DNA from: Minisyncoccota bacterium
Lineage (GTDB): Bacteria > Patescibacteriota > Minisyncoccia > Phycocordibacterales > JAACPR01
NCBI GenBank assembly: GCA_041674225.1
Contig: JBAYWG010000001.1
Coordinates: 326,273 to 390,272 of the forward strand
Length of the DNA: 64,000 bases
Direction of reading: 5' to 3'
The notes under the pieces are model-generated. The model ran no database searches, was not told the origin of the DNA, and worked only from the letters and a program-made list of their open reading frames with translations. Shown here in pieces: positions 1-9,824 of this stretch; the first letter of the stretch is position 1; each line of letters opens with the position of its first letter. The position numbers and the translations under genes are program-made.

Positions 1-1506
1 AATCTTTTTCTCTGTAGAGGCATCCACACGAGCCGTAAAATCATCTAGAAACAAAACTTGCGGATTCAAGGCAAGAGCCCTCGCAAGCATTATCCGTTGT
101 TTTTGTCCTCCAGAAAGCGACGTACCTCTCTCAGACACACTTGTATTCAAACCTTCTGGCAGTGTGTTTATAAACTCATCAAGCTCTGCAGTCTTTATCG
201 CTTTATTAATGCTCTCATCATTTGTAATTTGGCTAAAAGAAATATTTTCAATAACACTCATATTGAACATAACACTATCTTGAAAAACAAAAGCCACCTG
301 AGAATAAAGAGAGTCTCTTGTGTATTTTTCTAATTCAATTCCATCATATAAAACAGAGCCAGAAGTAGGAGTCGTCAATCCAAGTAATATCTGTAAAAGT
401 TGAGTCTTTCCAGCTGCTGTTGGTCCAATAATCGCTGTTTTGGTTCCAGCTTTTAGAGAAAATGAAACATCTTTCAAAATTTGTCTTTCTCCATAACTTA
501 AATTAATTTGTTTCAGCTCTACATCACCTTTAATCTTTGCTTCGATTGTTCCAGAATCTTTTTCTTCTTCTATGTCGATAATATTTTGTATTCTTACATA
601 AGATTCTTGTGCTCGGGATATTGTGCTAGAAATAAATCCGAGCATGATAATTGGGAAAATTAAAATAAACACATAACTATTAAAAGCAGTGAAGTCTCCC
701 AGAGACATTGTTGCATCTATAACAAACTTTCCTCCTAAAACTAGGATAATAAGAGAGGCCAGGTTGGCAATTATTCCAACAGAAGGAATTACAAAAGAAA
801 AATATCTCAAAATCCTCATACTGTTTTCTTTAGAAATATCGTTTTCTTGTCTAAATTTATTGTATTCTATTTTTCCAGAATCAAGCACTCGCACAATTGC
901 AGCACCTACAACACTTTCTCCAATAATAGTATTAAATTTATCTATTATCTCCTGACTCTTTTTAAACAGTGGACCAAGTTTAGAAAAAACTAATGCAAAT
1001 AAAATTCCAATTAAAGGAAGCAGAGCCAGTACGACTAGAGCAAGTTTCCAATTTATAGTAAGTAGAAGTATTGCAGCACCAATAATCACAACAACAGAAG
1101 ATATGGCAATTGATACAGCAAAAGAAAGAAACATTTTTATTGACTCAATGTCAGATGTAAAATTGGTTAAAATCTTTGCAGATGTCTCTGTTTCAATTTG
1201 ACGATAACTCAATCGTGAAATCTTATCTGCTAATTGATTTCGAATATCATAAGAAGCTTTTTCTGCTAAATACGTTTGAAAAATTCCCTGAAAATAAGTC
1301 AAAAGGAAAATTCCAAATGAAACTAGTGTGAACTGAATGTAATAATTTGTACCAATTTCCTTTCCTAAAACATAGGAATCAATACCAGAGGAAATAAATT
1401 TTGGAACAACCAAATACAAAACATTTGCCACAATTGTGGAGATACTCAAAAGCAATACTGGTTTCCAGTAACTTTTCAATAGAGAAAAGATATGTTTATT
1501 TTTCAT
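1..1506 (-). CDS. ABC transporter, fused permease/ATP-binding protein (MsbA-like exporter). Start codon at 1506; the 3' end runs off the window.
   Basis: Minus-strand translation starts MKNKHIFSLLKSYWKPVLLLS (TM-rich N-terminus). Near the window start it reads LSGGQKQRIMLARALALNPQVLFLDDFTARVDASTEKKI, i.e. ABC signature plus Walker B. Not in the ORF track because it runs off the edge. Confidence 0.8.
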   Translation of the reverse strand, partial: MKNKHIFSLLKSYWKPVLLLSISTIVANVLYLVVPKFISSGIDSYVLGKEIGTNYYIQFTLVSFGIFLLTYFQGIFQTYLAEKASYDIRNQLADKISRLSYRQIETETSAKILTNFTSDIESIKMFLSFAVSIAISSVVVIIGAAILLLTINWKLALVVLALLPLIGILFALVFSKLGPLFKKSQEIIDKFNTIIGESVVGAAIVRVLDSGKIEYNKFRQENDISKENSMRILRYFSFVIPSVGIIANLASLIILVLGGKFVIDATMSLGDFTAFNSYVFILIFPIIMLGFISSTISRAQESYVRIQNIIDIEEEKDSGTIEAKIKGDVELKQINLSYGERQILKDVSFSLKAGTKTAIIGPTAAGKTQLLQILLGLTTPTSGSVLYDGIELEKYTRDSLYSQVAFVFQDSVMFNMSVIENISFSQITNDESINKAIKTAELDEFINTLPEGLNTSVSERGTSLSGGQKQRIMLARALALNPQVLFLDDFTARVDASTEKKI

Positions 1507-1509
1507 AAT

Positions 1510-1923
1510 TTATCCAACTAAACTTCCGGCTGAAATATTTTCCCCTACTTCCAAAAGCGAGAAACCATTTCCATCTTTGTCATTCACTGCAAGTATCATT
1601 CCGTTTGATTCAAGTCCACGAATAACTCTCGGTGCAAGATTTGCCACAAATGGAACCTTTTTCCCAACAAGACTTTGCGGGTCTTCAAAATACATTCTGA
1701 TTCCAGAAAGAATTTGTCTTGGAGATTCTTCACCCATATCTACAGAAAGTTTCAAAAGTTTATCAGCATCAGGAACAATCTCTACAGATAAAATTTTCCC
1801 AATCTTAATTTGCACAGCTTTAAATTGATCAATAGAAATTTTTGGATCAACTTTTACCTCAACAACCTCCGGCGCAACGCTTTCTTCAGTATTTTGTGTA
1901 TTTAAATCTGGTGTATCTGACAT
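1510..1923 (-). CDS. tRNA-binding domain protein (CsaA/Trbp111/EMAP-like OB fold)
   Basis: KVGKILSVEIVPDADKLLKLSVDMGEE...GMILAV is typical of the tRNA-binding (MetRS C-terminal-like) domain. Start taken at MSDTPDL to avoid overlapping ruvX. Confidence 0.65.
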   Translation of the reverse strand: MSDTPDLNTQNTEESVAPEVVEVKVDPKISIDQFKAVQIKIGKILSVEIVPDADKLLKLSVDMGEESPRQILSGIRMYFEDPQSLVGKKVPFVANLAPRVIRGLESNGMILAVNDKDGNGFSLLEVGENISAGSLVG

Positions 1924-1927
1924 ATTT

Positions 1928-2344
1928 TTATTTATTAGTATCAATATAACTTTGTAACATAATTGCGGCGGCTTGTGCATCTATTTGTTTTGTTTTTTGC
2001 ACTCCCCGATCTTTATGTCTTTCTGATAATTGGAAATGGGTTTTTTCTGCCTGCATCGAAGTCATAAACTCCGCATGAAAAAATACTTCTACATTTTTTG
2101 CTTTTAATTCATCGGCAAAATCTTTTGCTTCTTGCATGATTCTATTTTCTCTCATGTTGAAATCTTTTGACTCCCCTATCACAACCTTCTCCACTTCATA
2201 ATCTTCAACCAATTTTAAAACTTCATTAATTGAATCTTTGTTGTTTATGATTGTTGTATGAGGAAAAGCCAAACGAACGCCTTCATCAGAAAGCGCTACG
2301 CCGATTCTTTTTTCGCCAAAATCTATTCCCAATAATCTCGCCAT
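1928..2344 (-). CDS. ruvX: Holliday junction resolvase-like protein RuvX/YqgF
   Basis: MARLLGIDFGEKRIGVALSDE N-terminus; size and motifs of the YqgF family. Confidence 0.8.
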   Translation of the reverse strand: MARLLGIDFGEKRIGVALSDEGVRLAFPHTTIINNKDSINEVLKLVEDYEVEKVVIGESKDFNMRENRIMQEAKDFADELKAKNVEVFFHAEFMTSMQAEKTHFQLSERHKDRGVQKTKQIDAQAAAIMLQSYIDTNK

Positions 2345-2402
2345 TGATACAATCTAATTCTTTTTTGCTTCAAACACAACCAAGCATTTATTAAGGAGTA
2401 TC

Positions 2403-2771
2403 CTATACTTCCAAACCTTCTTCTGCCGTTTGTGCATCAATCGGTCTATTCATCACAACAGGTTTGATGATTCCCCAGAAAAAAACCCAGTAAACTAGCA
2501 TTGCAAGTAGAGCGTTCCATTCAAAGATACTTCCACCAACACTGTTGTTTTGGAAAACAAATCTAAATGGCGCCATAAATACACCACTTAATGTGTAGAT
2601 GAAGTTTGTGAATCCGGCTGCGGGGTTGGCTCCAAAAAGTTTCAATAGTAATCTAAACAAAATTAATGTTTCGACTACATAGAAAAAATACCAAATTAAT
2701 TTTGTCGATTTGTACAATGATTTTTCGTTTGTCATGCAGTCCAAGACGTTGCTTCTGAGAAAATGTGACAA
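2403..2771 (-). CDS. YggT-family small membrane protein
   Basis: Two hydrophobic segments; LLKLFGANP...F motif pattern of YggT/Ycf19. Confidence 0.5.
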   Translation of the reverse strand: MSHFLRSNVLDCMTNEKSLYKSTKLIWYFFYVVETLILFRLLLKLFGANPAAGFTNFIYTLSGVFMAPFRFVFQNNSVGGSIFEWNALLAMLVYWVFFWGIIKPVVMNRPIDAQTAEEGLEV

Positions 2772-2774
2772 ATC

Positions 2775-4058
2775 TTAATTTCTCTTGTTTAAACACAAAT
2801 AGAAAGATAGTAGAACCAACTGTAAAAGACCCACCAACAACGGACCGAATTTCAATGCAAATGATTGTGAAAAAACATAAACCAACAGAACAAAAACTAG
2901 TATTCCAACAACCCTTCCAAAATTAAGAAAGAACTCGTTATCAAAAATAAAAGAATATTCTTCCTTTTCATTGTTAGACATCTCTATTTCAGATTCCGCA
3001 AGAATAATTGGTTCTGCTCCAACATAATATAAATTTGAAAATATTGAGCCAATTAAAATATATGAAATAAAACTTACAGAACTTGGTAAAAACACTAGAG
3101 ATAAAGCACCTGAAAGAAATAATATATTAGAAACCAAAGATACTTTTACACGAGCTGTTTCTTTTGAAAATTTTCCATAAAAATATAGAACTACCGAACC
3201 CAAAATAGAAGCCACAGCTGTAAGAGTTCCCAACACACCCTCGTCCCCCAAGTGAATTAAAATTATAATCGCAAAAATAAAGCCAATACCATCAACAACT
3301 CCATGAGAAGTATTAAGTAAAAATCTTTTATTCAAAAATTTCTGAAGCTTGAATCTAGTAATAATCAGAGGTTTTGGACTAACATGATTACCTTTATAAA
3401 TTACTAATCCAGCTTTGATCATCAAAATAAAAGCAAAAATAAAAAGTATCCAATAAGCTGTTTCTACCTTATAAAAACCTGAGTTTGAACCTAAAACAAT
3501 AAACCAACCTGCAATAAAAGGAACCAACGCTCTAGTAGTCCAGCCCACCGCATTTATTAAACTAAAATAATAATTTCTTGAACTGTCTTTTATTTCCTTA
3601 AGCTCTAAGTAATTTCTGTTTGGCCAATACAAACCATATCCAAAAGCATTCATAAGCCCTATTAAAAAGAATAATAAGACCTGCTGGCTTTCAGAAAAAA
3701 ACAAAACAATAAGACTAGTTGCACCTGTCAAAAAAGTACTAGCCAAAAAAATATTCTTCAAATAAAATTTCCTTAATAAAATTCCATTGACCCAGAAACC
3801 AGCAGCTAAAGCAATATAGAATCCAATCTGATAAAAAGCGACAGCATAAAATGATTCGGTAAATCTCCAGATAAAAGCCGCAATAAAAATATTGGTTATG
3901 CTTTCTGCTGTGATTTGAAAAATATTAGATACGAAAAGCTTCTGAGTATTCTGATTTAATCTTTCTTTAAAGTGTAGTATCTCTGTTGTTATCATTTGAA
4001 TTTTTTCCAGTTTTCTTCTTCCCAAATACAAATACATACAGAATATCCAAAATTCCAA
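2775..4058 (-). CDS. Polytopic integral membrane protein (transporter-like; function unknown)
   Basis: 427 aa ORF with at least 10 hydrophobic helices. The start is uncertain; an internal Met at about 3995 would remove the overlap with the 3967..4215 ORF. Confidence 0.5.
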   Translation of the reverse strand: MEFWIFCMYLYLGRRKLEKIQMITTEILHFKERLNQNTQKLFVSNIFQITAESITNIFIAAFIWRFTESFYAVAFYQIGFYIALAAGFWVNGILLRKFYLKNIFLASTFLTGATSLIVLFFSESQQVLLFFLIGLMNAFGYGLYWPNRNYLELKEIKDSSRNYYFSLINAVGWTTRALVPFIAGWFIVLGSNSGFYKVETAYWILFIFAFILMIKAGLVIYKGNHVSPKPLIITRFKLQKFLNKRFLLNTSHGVVDGIGFIFAIIILIHLGDEGVLGTLTAVASILGSVVLYFYGKFSKETARVKVSLVSNILFLSGALSLVFLPSSVSFISYILIGSIFSNLYYVGAEPIILAESEIEMSNNEKEEYSFIFDNEFFLNFGRVVGILVFVLLVYVFSQSFALKFGPLLVGLLQLVLLSFYLCLNKRN

Positions 4059-4215
4059 ATGTATTTACCAAAAGCAAAACTATGAACCATTTCTTGCTGT
4101 TGTTCTTTGCAGCTCTCCAAAGTGACATCCCCTTCCAAACCAATGACCATGTTAATAAAACCAATAAAAGTGGCGAAGCAACGATCGCCATTGCTGATGT
4201 TTCAAAATATTCCAT
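3967..4215 (-). CDS. Small membrane protein (DUF5652-like)
   Basis: 82 aa, two TM helices, conserved-looking LWRAAKN...KWFIV motif seen in small CPR membrane proteins. Confidence 0.4.
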   Translation of the reverse strand: MEYFETSAMAIVASPLLLVLLTWSLVWKGMSLWRAAKNNSKKWFIVLLLVNTFGILDILYVFVFGKKKTGKNSNDNNRDTTL

Positions 4216-4245
4216 ATAAAAATTGTATCATTATTTTATTTTTTC

Positions 4246-5016
4246 TTAAACCAAATTTTTTGAACTAAATATATAATCAATAAGACTTTTCAAGGTTGTG
4301 GCTATTTCTTTATTTTTTATGACGATTCCTGAAGGATTTTTACCATCCTCAGAAACAGTATGGAAGCGAACTTCGTCTCTAAAAATAGAAACATCACATT
4401 GTATCGGAAACTGTTCTTGATCAATCTTAATCAACTCTTGCAACTTTGAATTTCTCTCAATCACTTTTTGAGATCCAGAGTAGACCGCTCGAAATCGTAT
4501 ATTATTTTCAACCCGTTTTTTATCAATTTCATCTAAATGTTTTTTATCAAAAATTTTAGGCAACAAATCATACGAATAAATTCCATAATCTAAACCTTCT
4601 GAAAATTCTTCCTGAGCAACAAATTCTTCAACAGACTGTCTCAACGCCTCCTTCCCCTCATAAAAACGAACAACAGGTCTTTCTCCGTCGTCTCTGCCAA
4701 TAGTTTTGAGTTCTGCCACAATATGTTCCGCTCGTTTCATTTTTTTAATAGTTTCCAAATGCTCACTTTCAACCATGTTCAATAAGACTTCCGGTGGCTC
4801 TGCTGCATAAAAAACTCTTTTTCCAACAACAACTTCTTTAAGTATTCTCTTTCGCAACAAAGTACCCAAGATTACATATATTGTCGGTTGCTTCATTGCA
4901 AGTTTTCTAGCAAGAGATGAAGCTTGTGCATGTCCAACTTTTAATAATGAAAGGTAAACTTTTGCCTCCTTTTCTGACAACCCAATATATTCAAGGTTTT
5001 TTTGATACATTTGCAT
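4246..5016 (-). CDS. TrmB-family HTH transcriptional regulator
   Basis: N-terminal LEYIGLSEKEAKVYLSLLKVGHAQASSLARKLAMKQPTIYVILGTL matches the TrmB wHTH; C-terminal TrmB_C-like domain. Confidence 0.7.
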   Translation of the reverse strand: MQMYQKNLEYIGLSEKEAKVYLSLLKVGHAQASSLARKLAMKQPTIYVILGTLLRKRILKEVVVGKRVFYAAEPPEVLLNMVESEHLETIKKMKRAEHIVAELKTIGRDDGERPVVRFYEGKEALRQSVEEFVAQEEFSEGLDYGIYSYDLLPKIFDKKHLDEIDKKRVENNIRFRAVYSGSQKVIERNSKLQELIKIDQEQFPIQCDVSIFRDEVRFHTVSEDGKNPSGIVIKNKEIATTLKSLIDYIFSSKNLV

Positions 5017-5178
5017 AATATGGTGATTCTAAAACAAACAGTGTCTTTTGTCAAAAGTTTATAATTTTAATTATAATATTTATTTTAAAATATGGCTTAA
5101 TATAATGATATATTTAATTAAAGTTATTTTTCTATAAAAATAGTTGAGTTTACTAACAAAAAATTATAGAGTGCAAAT

Positions 5179-5679
5179 GTGGCTAAGATGGCTACAAACA
5201 AACCAAAAAGAAAAAGTTCTTTAAAAGAAAACATGACTGAGTTCACATTAATAACAATAGTAATCATTATGATTATAAGTGGCATTACCATGACATGGAT
5301 AATGACAGCTCAATTGAAAAAGAGAGAGCTCCACAGACCATTAACAATACTTAAACTCTTCAACGAGGAGTTTATTGCAGGCAACGAATCTCTGACCCTT
5401 GGAAATACTGAGGGTTTGGAACTGGGTATTGTTCACTTCAAAAAAGCATTGAAGTTTTCTACCTTCCAAGAAGATAGACAGCTCAAGAAGGCAATCCAGC
5501 ACTTAAAGAAATCTCTTGCGTGCAACAAAGTGGCAGATTTAGGACCTTGGGGCTCATTATTTCGTTGGAAAAACTCTCTTGAGGATCGTCAGTATCATCT
5601 CAGAGAGGCATGGAAACCTATCCGTGAGATCAATGAAAATTTAAAGTCACAAGGCTTGGGTTGGGACTATAAAAAATAA
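5179..5679 (+). CDS. Hypothetical membrane-anchored protein
   Basis: ORF with one N-terminal TM helix; no recognisable domain. Confidence 0.4.
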   Translation: MAKMATNKPKRKSSLKENMTEFTLITIVIIMIISGITMTWIMTAQLKKRELHRPLTILKLFNEEFIAGNESLTLGNTEGLELGIVHFKKALKFSTFQEDRQLKKAIQHLKKSLACNKVADLGPWGSLFRWKNSLEDRQYHLREAWKPIREINENLKSQGLGWDYKK

Positions 5680-5691
5680 TCCTAGTTTCAC

Positions 5692-5722
5692 ACCGTACAC
5701 TTAAAACGTGTACGGTTTTTAT
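5692..5722. terminator. Rho-independent terminator hairpin (bidirectional)
   Basis: ACCGTACAC-ttaaaac-GTGTACGGT followed by a T-run, between convergent genes. Confidence 0.6.
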
Positions 5723-5727
5723 TTAGA

Positions 5728-6123
5728 CTACCCTTTTCTAAACAATCCCATCCATTGTCTTTTCGTCTGACACAAAAAGTAAACGTTTAAAATCAATAGA
5801 ATATTTCCCATCAGCGCACCCATTTTAAATAATCCCCCATCAAGAAAAGCGTGGAAGCCAACAATATTTAAAGTTATCGGCAACAACAAAAGTGCAGCTA
5901 GTGCCACTCGCCCAGTCCACAAAGATACCAGTGCGATTAGAAAAACAACCGACATCATCATTGTGATGTATCCGCTGTCCATCATAATTTGAATAAAATT
6001 AAATGCTTCAGGCGTGTTGTACATATCTGCTGTAGGTGCAGGAAAAATTCCTAAAGATCCTACAATCGGCATTACTAACATTAAGCTCAAAACTACCTTC
6101 AAAAAATTATTTAATATTTTCAT
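5728..6123 (-). CDS. Small integral membrane protein (DoxX-like fold possible)
   Basis: 131 aa, 3-4 TM helices. Confidence 0.4.
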   Translation of the reverse strand: MKILNNFLKVVLSLMLVMPIVGSLGIFPAPTADMYNTPEAFNFIQIMMDSGYITMMMSVVFLIALVSLWTGRVALAALLLLPITLNIVGFHAFLDGGLFKMGALMGNILLILNVYFLCQTKRQWMGLFRKG

Positions 6124-6148
6124 AATGGTTTTATTTTACTACAACTAA

Positions 6149-6577
6149 CTATCTGTTCAAATAAGTAATTGTAAGTTGCAAACATGTGGCAAAAGTTCCC
6201 CACAGAAGGTACGGGATATTCACATAAACAATCCAACGAAGATCCGGCGAAGCATTCCACAAAGCAACAAAAGCCCACACTAAAGTTCCGACAACAAGAA
6301 GAATATCAATCGAAGCTAGAAGATTATTTTTTAATCCAAACTGAATCGGTGTGAACGCAAGATTGAAAAGTAGATTCAGAGCAAAAGGAAGTGCGACAAG
6401 CCAAGGTAACTTTCCATTAAATGCTTTATAGAAAACAGTACCGAAAGAAACAAATATGATTGCATAAAGCACAGTCCACACTGGGCCAAAAATCCAAGAT
6501 GGTGGAGCCCATGAGGGTTTTATAAGATTTAGATATTGTGTAGGTTCATTCATGTGCTCTATTGTACTACTTTTCAA
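6149..6577 (-). CDS. tspO: TspO/MBR family tryptophan-rich sensory protein
   Basis: LIKPSWAPPSWIFGPVWTVLY is a hallmark TspO motif; 5 TM helices, ~142 aa. Confidence 0.85.
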   Translation of the reverse strand: MKSSTIEHMNEPTQYLNLIKPSWAPPSWIFGPVWTVLYAIIFVSFGTVFYKAFNGKLPWLVALPFALNLLFNLAFTPIQFGLKNNLLASIDILLVVGTLVWAFVALWNASPDLRWIVYVNIPYLLWGTFATCLQLTITYLNR

Positions 6578-6753
6578 AAGTTAAATTCGACTCAGACAAA
6601 ACAGAAAGAGACGGACGCGCACGCATCCGTCTCTTTCTGTTCACTTTCGGTTAGGAAAACGAAGTGGTTGTAGTGTATCACCCCAGCTGGACTTTAAGCA
6701 ATAATTTAGTAATGTCTATCACGAACAACAAAAACAAATTTAGTGATAGTTCT

Positions 6754-7746
6754 ATGAAAAAAATAGCAATCGTTGGAATAGGAGCCGTCGGCACAGAGCT
6801 GATTCGACTCCTGGTAAAAAGAAAATTTCCATTTAGTTCGATAACAATTTTGGCACGTTCAGAGCGGACCGAAATAATCGATGGGAAACCTTACGAGGTG
6901 AGAAAAGCAGAACCGGAATCATTCAATGATATCGATCTCGCTTTTTTTGCCGGGACCGAAGGTTCGACTGGAGCCTCAAAGATGCTTGGTTTTGAAGCTA
7001 TCGAGAGAGCATGTATGGTGATCGATAACGGTGACGATTACAGAATGGACGAAAGAGTTCCGCTCGTAATCCCTGAAATCAATGGGGAGGACATCAAGAA
7101 ACATCAAGGGTTAATTGCAAATCCAAACTGCAGTACGATCATTACACTGATGACTCTTGCACCGCTTCACAAGGCAGCAAAGATTAAGAGAATTGTGGCT
7201 AGTACCTATCAAGCCGTTTCTGGAACAGGTACAAATGGAATCAATGAGCTCGAGACTCAAATTAAGTCTTGGGCAAAAGGAGACCCGATGTTGAAGGAGG
7301 TGTATCCACATCAAATTGCGTTCAACGTTATTCCTCATGTCGGTTCATTCAAAAATGATTCCGAAGAAAGCACCGAGGAAATAAAAATGCGTCGAGAGAT
7401 TCATAAAATTCTCGGTGATTCTTCGATTCGAATCGCAACAACTTGTGTTCGTGTACCAGTCTTTAATGGTCACAGTGTTTCAATTAATGTTGAGTTTGAA
7501 GAACCTCTCAGCGCACAACGTGCCAAGGAAATCTTGGAAGAAACTAATGGAGTATTCGTGATGGATGAACGAGCAAACAACATCTACCCGATGCCGATAG
7601 AAGCTTCTGGTCAATACGACGTGTTGGTCGGGCGAATTCGCAAGGACCAGAGTGCCGAAAATGGTTTGATGCTCTGGTGCTCAGGAGACAACATTTGGAA
7701 AGGTGCGGCACAGAATGCAATCCAAATTGCTGAATTGCTCAAGTAA
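6754..7746 (+). CDS. asd: Aspartate-semialdehyde dehydrogenase
   Basis: MKKIAIVGIGAVGTELIRLL Rossmann N-terminus; NPNCSTII active-site Cys motif. Start moved to the internal Met at 6754. Confidence 0.85.
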   Translation: MKKIAIVGIGAVGTELIRLLVKRKFPFSSITILARSERTEIIDGKPYEVRKAEPESFNDIDLAFFAGTEGSTGASKMLGFEAIERACMVIDNGDDYRMDERVPLVIPEINGEDIKKHQGLIANPNCSTIITLMTLAPLHKAAKIKRIVASTYQAVSGTGTNGINELETQIKSWAKGDPMLKEVYPHQIAFNVIPHVGSFKNDSEESTEEIKMRREIHKILGDSSIRIATTCVRVPVFNGHSVSINVEFEEPLSAQRAKEILEETNGVFVMDERANNIYPMPIEASGQYDVLVGRIRKDQSAENGLMLWCSGDNIWKGAAQNAIQIAELLK

Positions 7747-7784
7747 GACTCAAAGAGTTGGTGGATTTTTCCACCAACTCTTTT

Positions 7785-8405
7785 TTATTTTAAAAGTAAA
7801 TCCCAATTCTCCCACAACTCCAAAATTATTTCTCGAATTTCTGGAATATTTCTTATTTCACCAATCAATTCATTTACCTCTAAAGCAACTTCTTCTGAAT
7901 ATCCAAGTCCAAGAATAAAATTCTTTCGAGAAATATCGGTAGGAGAATCTTTAAAATATTCTTGCAACAAAAAGTGCCACATCTTTACACCCTCACCTTG
8001 CGCAACGAGTTGCGTCTCTTCAGGTAAAACTTTATCCAAAAATTTTGCCACTTCATTCCAATCAGAAACTTTTGAATAAAGAATTTCGTCTTCGTAAATT
8101 TTGATAGCTTGTGTGATAAATTTTGAATCAGGAACAATAGAATAAATCCCCTTCTCTACCATATATTTTTCTCGCGCTTCATCTACAAGGCTGTGGTATT
8201 TCAAACCAGCAATAAAAGAGTTTTCTTCATCTAAAACATCTTTAATAGACAATCCTTTGAGATGAGTCTTCTCTCGATCTATTATTTTCAGATATCGAAT
8301 ATCAGGAAAGACTGTACCAACAAGAAAAGATTCTTTATCAAACTTTTTAAAAAGTTCATCTGACATTTTTTCTGCTAGAACGATGTGTGTGATTTGGTTT
8401 GCCAT
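7785..8405 (-). CDS. Hypothetical protein (weak resemblance to zinc-dependent phospholipase C-like HxxLA...GxxFPD motif)
   Basis: ORF only; HIVLAEKM...GTVFPDIRYL is suggestive, nothing more. Confidence 0.3.
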   Translation of the reverse strand: MANQITHIVLAEKMSDELFKKFDKESFLVGTVFPDIRYLKIIDREKTHLKGLSIKDVLDEENSFIAGLKYHSLVDEAREKYMVEKGIYSIVPDSKFITQAIKIYEDEILYSKVSDWNEVAKFLDKVLPEETQLVAQGEGVKMWHFLLQEYFKDSPTDISRKNFILGLGYSEEVALEVNELIGEIRNIPEIREIILELWENWDLLLK

Positions 8406-8450
8406 TGTGAGAATATTTTAACTTATATGAAGGTGTTTGAGTATTAGAGT

Positions 8451-9062
8451 TTACTTTTCAACAACAGCAACACCCTTATATAACAATCCAAGTAGTCTAG
8501 ATTTTTGATAAAATTTCTCTAGTTTTTGCATTTCAAATCCAGCATTAAGAATTAGTTTTTCTACATCCCTGTTCATATGACACCCTCCCGCAACTCTTTT
8601 TGAGATTGGAGTGAATAGATTTTGCATTTTCGAAACTAAAGTATTTGGAGATTTACCGTGTTCAATAAATAAAAATTTGCCGCTTGGTTTTAAAACTCTC
8701 AAGATTTCTTTAAGTGCTATTTCAGGGTTCGGAATACTGCACAGAGTCCATGTAGATACGACAGAATCAACACTATTATCAGGGAGTGGAATTATTTCTG
8801 CCGAAGCTTGAAGATATTCCACTGGAAATAAAACACTTTTAATTCTTTCTTGTGCGAGTTGATACAACTCTTGCGAAGGATCGAGAGCATAAAATTTATT
8901 TATATTTTTATAATAAGAAAGATTAAGTCCGGAGCCAAAACCAATTTCAAGCACAACACCACTCGCCCCTCCGGCAACACCTGCACGATACTTTTCCAAA
9001 TCCTTATTCCTCATCACAAGGTTTATGTATTTAGGAAGAATATATTTGTTGTATAGGTTCAT
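8451..9062 (-). CDS. Class I SAM-dependent methyltransferase (Methyltransf_11-like)
   Basis: VLEIGFGSGLN motif I; LKPSGKFLFIEHG post-II region. Confidence 0.75.
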   Translation of the reverse strand: MNLYNKYILPKYINLVMRNKDLEKYRAGVAGGASGVVLEIGFGSGLNLSYYKNINKFYALDPSQELYQLAQERIKSVLFPVEYLQASAEIIPLPDNSVDSVVSTWTLCSIPNPEIALKEILRVLKPSGKFLFIEHGKSPNTLVSKMQNLFTPISKRVAGGCHMNRDVEKLILNAGFEMQKLEKFYQKSRLLGLLYKGVAVVEK

Positions 9063-9565
9063 TACTTTTTATTATATTGAGCAAGAGCTTCTTTAATTAC
9101 TTCTAGTTTAAACGTTTTATCTTCAATATAGTTTTTATACTCATCAAAACTAATCCATTTGATTTCAGTAATATTTCCAGCTACGTCTTCAACAAAATCA
9201 CCTTCAGGGACTACATCACATAAATAAAATGTAGCATAATATAAATCTCCATCTGAAGCTTGAATTTTTTGATATGCGATCGGTTCCAAAGAAACAACAT
9301 TACAATTTGTTTCTTCAAGCACTTCTCTGTGTAGAGTTTCGATAATAGTTTCACCTTCATCTCTTCCACCTCCCGGAATACTCCAGATATTCCATTCAGG
9401 ATGCAGGACAAGAAGAATTTTATTATTATGAATACAAACGCCGTGGGCTTTCTTGATTAATTCATCTGGAATAGCAGAAAAATCATTGGTATTTTTATGC
9501 ACCACATCGCACCGTTCTTTTTTATAAGTAATGGCTTTTTCAAAAATTATTTCTTCTTTGTTCAT
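9062..9565 (-). CDS. NUDIX hydrolase
   Basis: Nudix box GGGRDEGETIIETLHREVLEETN. The track ORF extends upstream over tRNA-Ser, so the start was trimmed to MNKEEIIF at 9565. Confidence 0.8.
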   Translation of the reverse strand: MNKEEIIFEKAITYKKERCDVVHKNTNDFSAIPDELIKKAHGVCIHNNKILLVLHPEWNIWSIPGGGRDEGETIIETLHREVLEETNCNVVSLEPIAYQKIQASDGDLYYATFYLCDVVPEGDFVEDVAGNITEIKWISFDEYKNYIEDKTFKLEVIKEALAQYNKK

Positions 9566-9604
9566 AATCTTAATTCTATTTAGACCAATACTTTGTTCTT
9601 TCAG

Positions 9605-9691
9605 CGGAGAGAGAGAGATTCGAACTCTCGGTCCCCTTTCGAGGACTCCAGTTTTCAAGACTGGTGCATTCAACCACTCTGCCATCTCTCC
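9605..9691 (-). tRNA. tRNA-Ser (anticodon UGA), long variable arm
   Basis: Reverse complement GGAGAGATGGCAGAGTGGTTGAATGCACCAGTCTTGAAAACTGGAGTCCTCGAAAGGGGACCGAGAGTTCGAATCTCTCTCTCCG: 7-bp acceptor, anticodon loop CTTGAAA, long extra arm, T-loop TTCGAAT. Confidence 0.85.
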
Positions 9692-9824
9692 ATGAATCTG
9701 GTTGCGGCGCTCACCTATATACAAAGCGCCAATTCAAGACAGGACAAAACCTGTGTCGGTAATACTACCTAATCATCGAGCTCTTCGCAATATCAAAAAA
9801 TAAAACAAATTACACAATAAAATT

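Noticed and set aside
3986-4219. 77-aa plus-strand ORF
   Set aside because: Antisense to the DUF5652-like minus-strand ORF. Low complexity.
9566-9724. N-terminal extension of the NUDIX ORF (MYIGERRNQIHGEMAEWLNAPVLKTG...)
   Set aside because: This stretch is the reverse-strand reading of tRNA-Ser (9605..9691). The real CDS starts at the internal Met at 9565.
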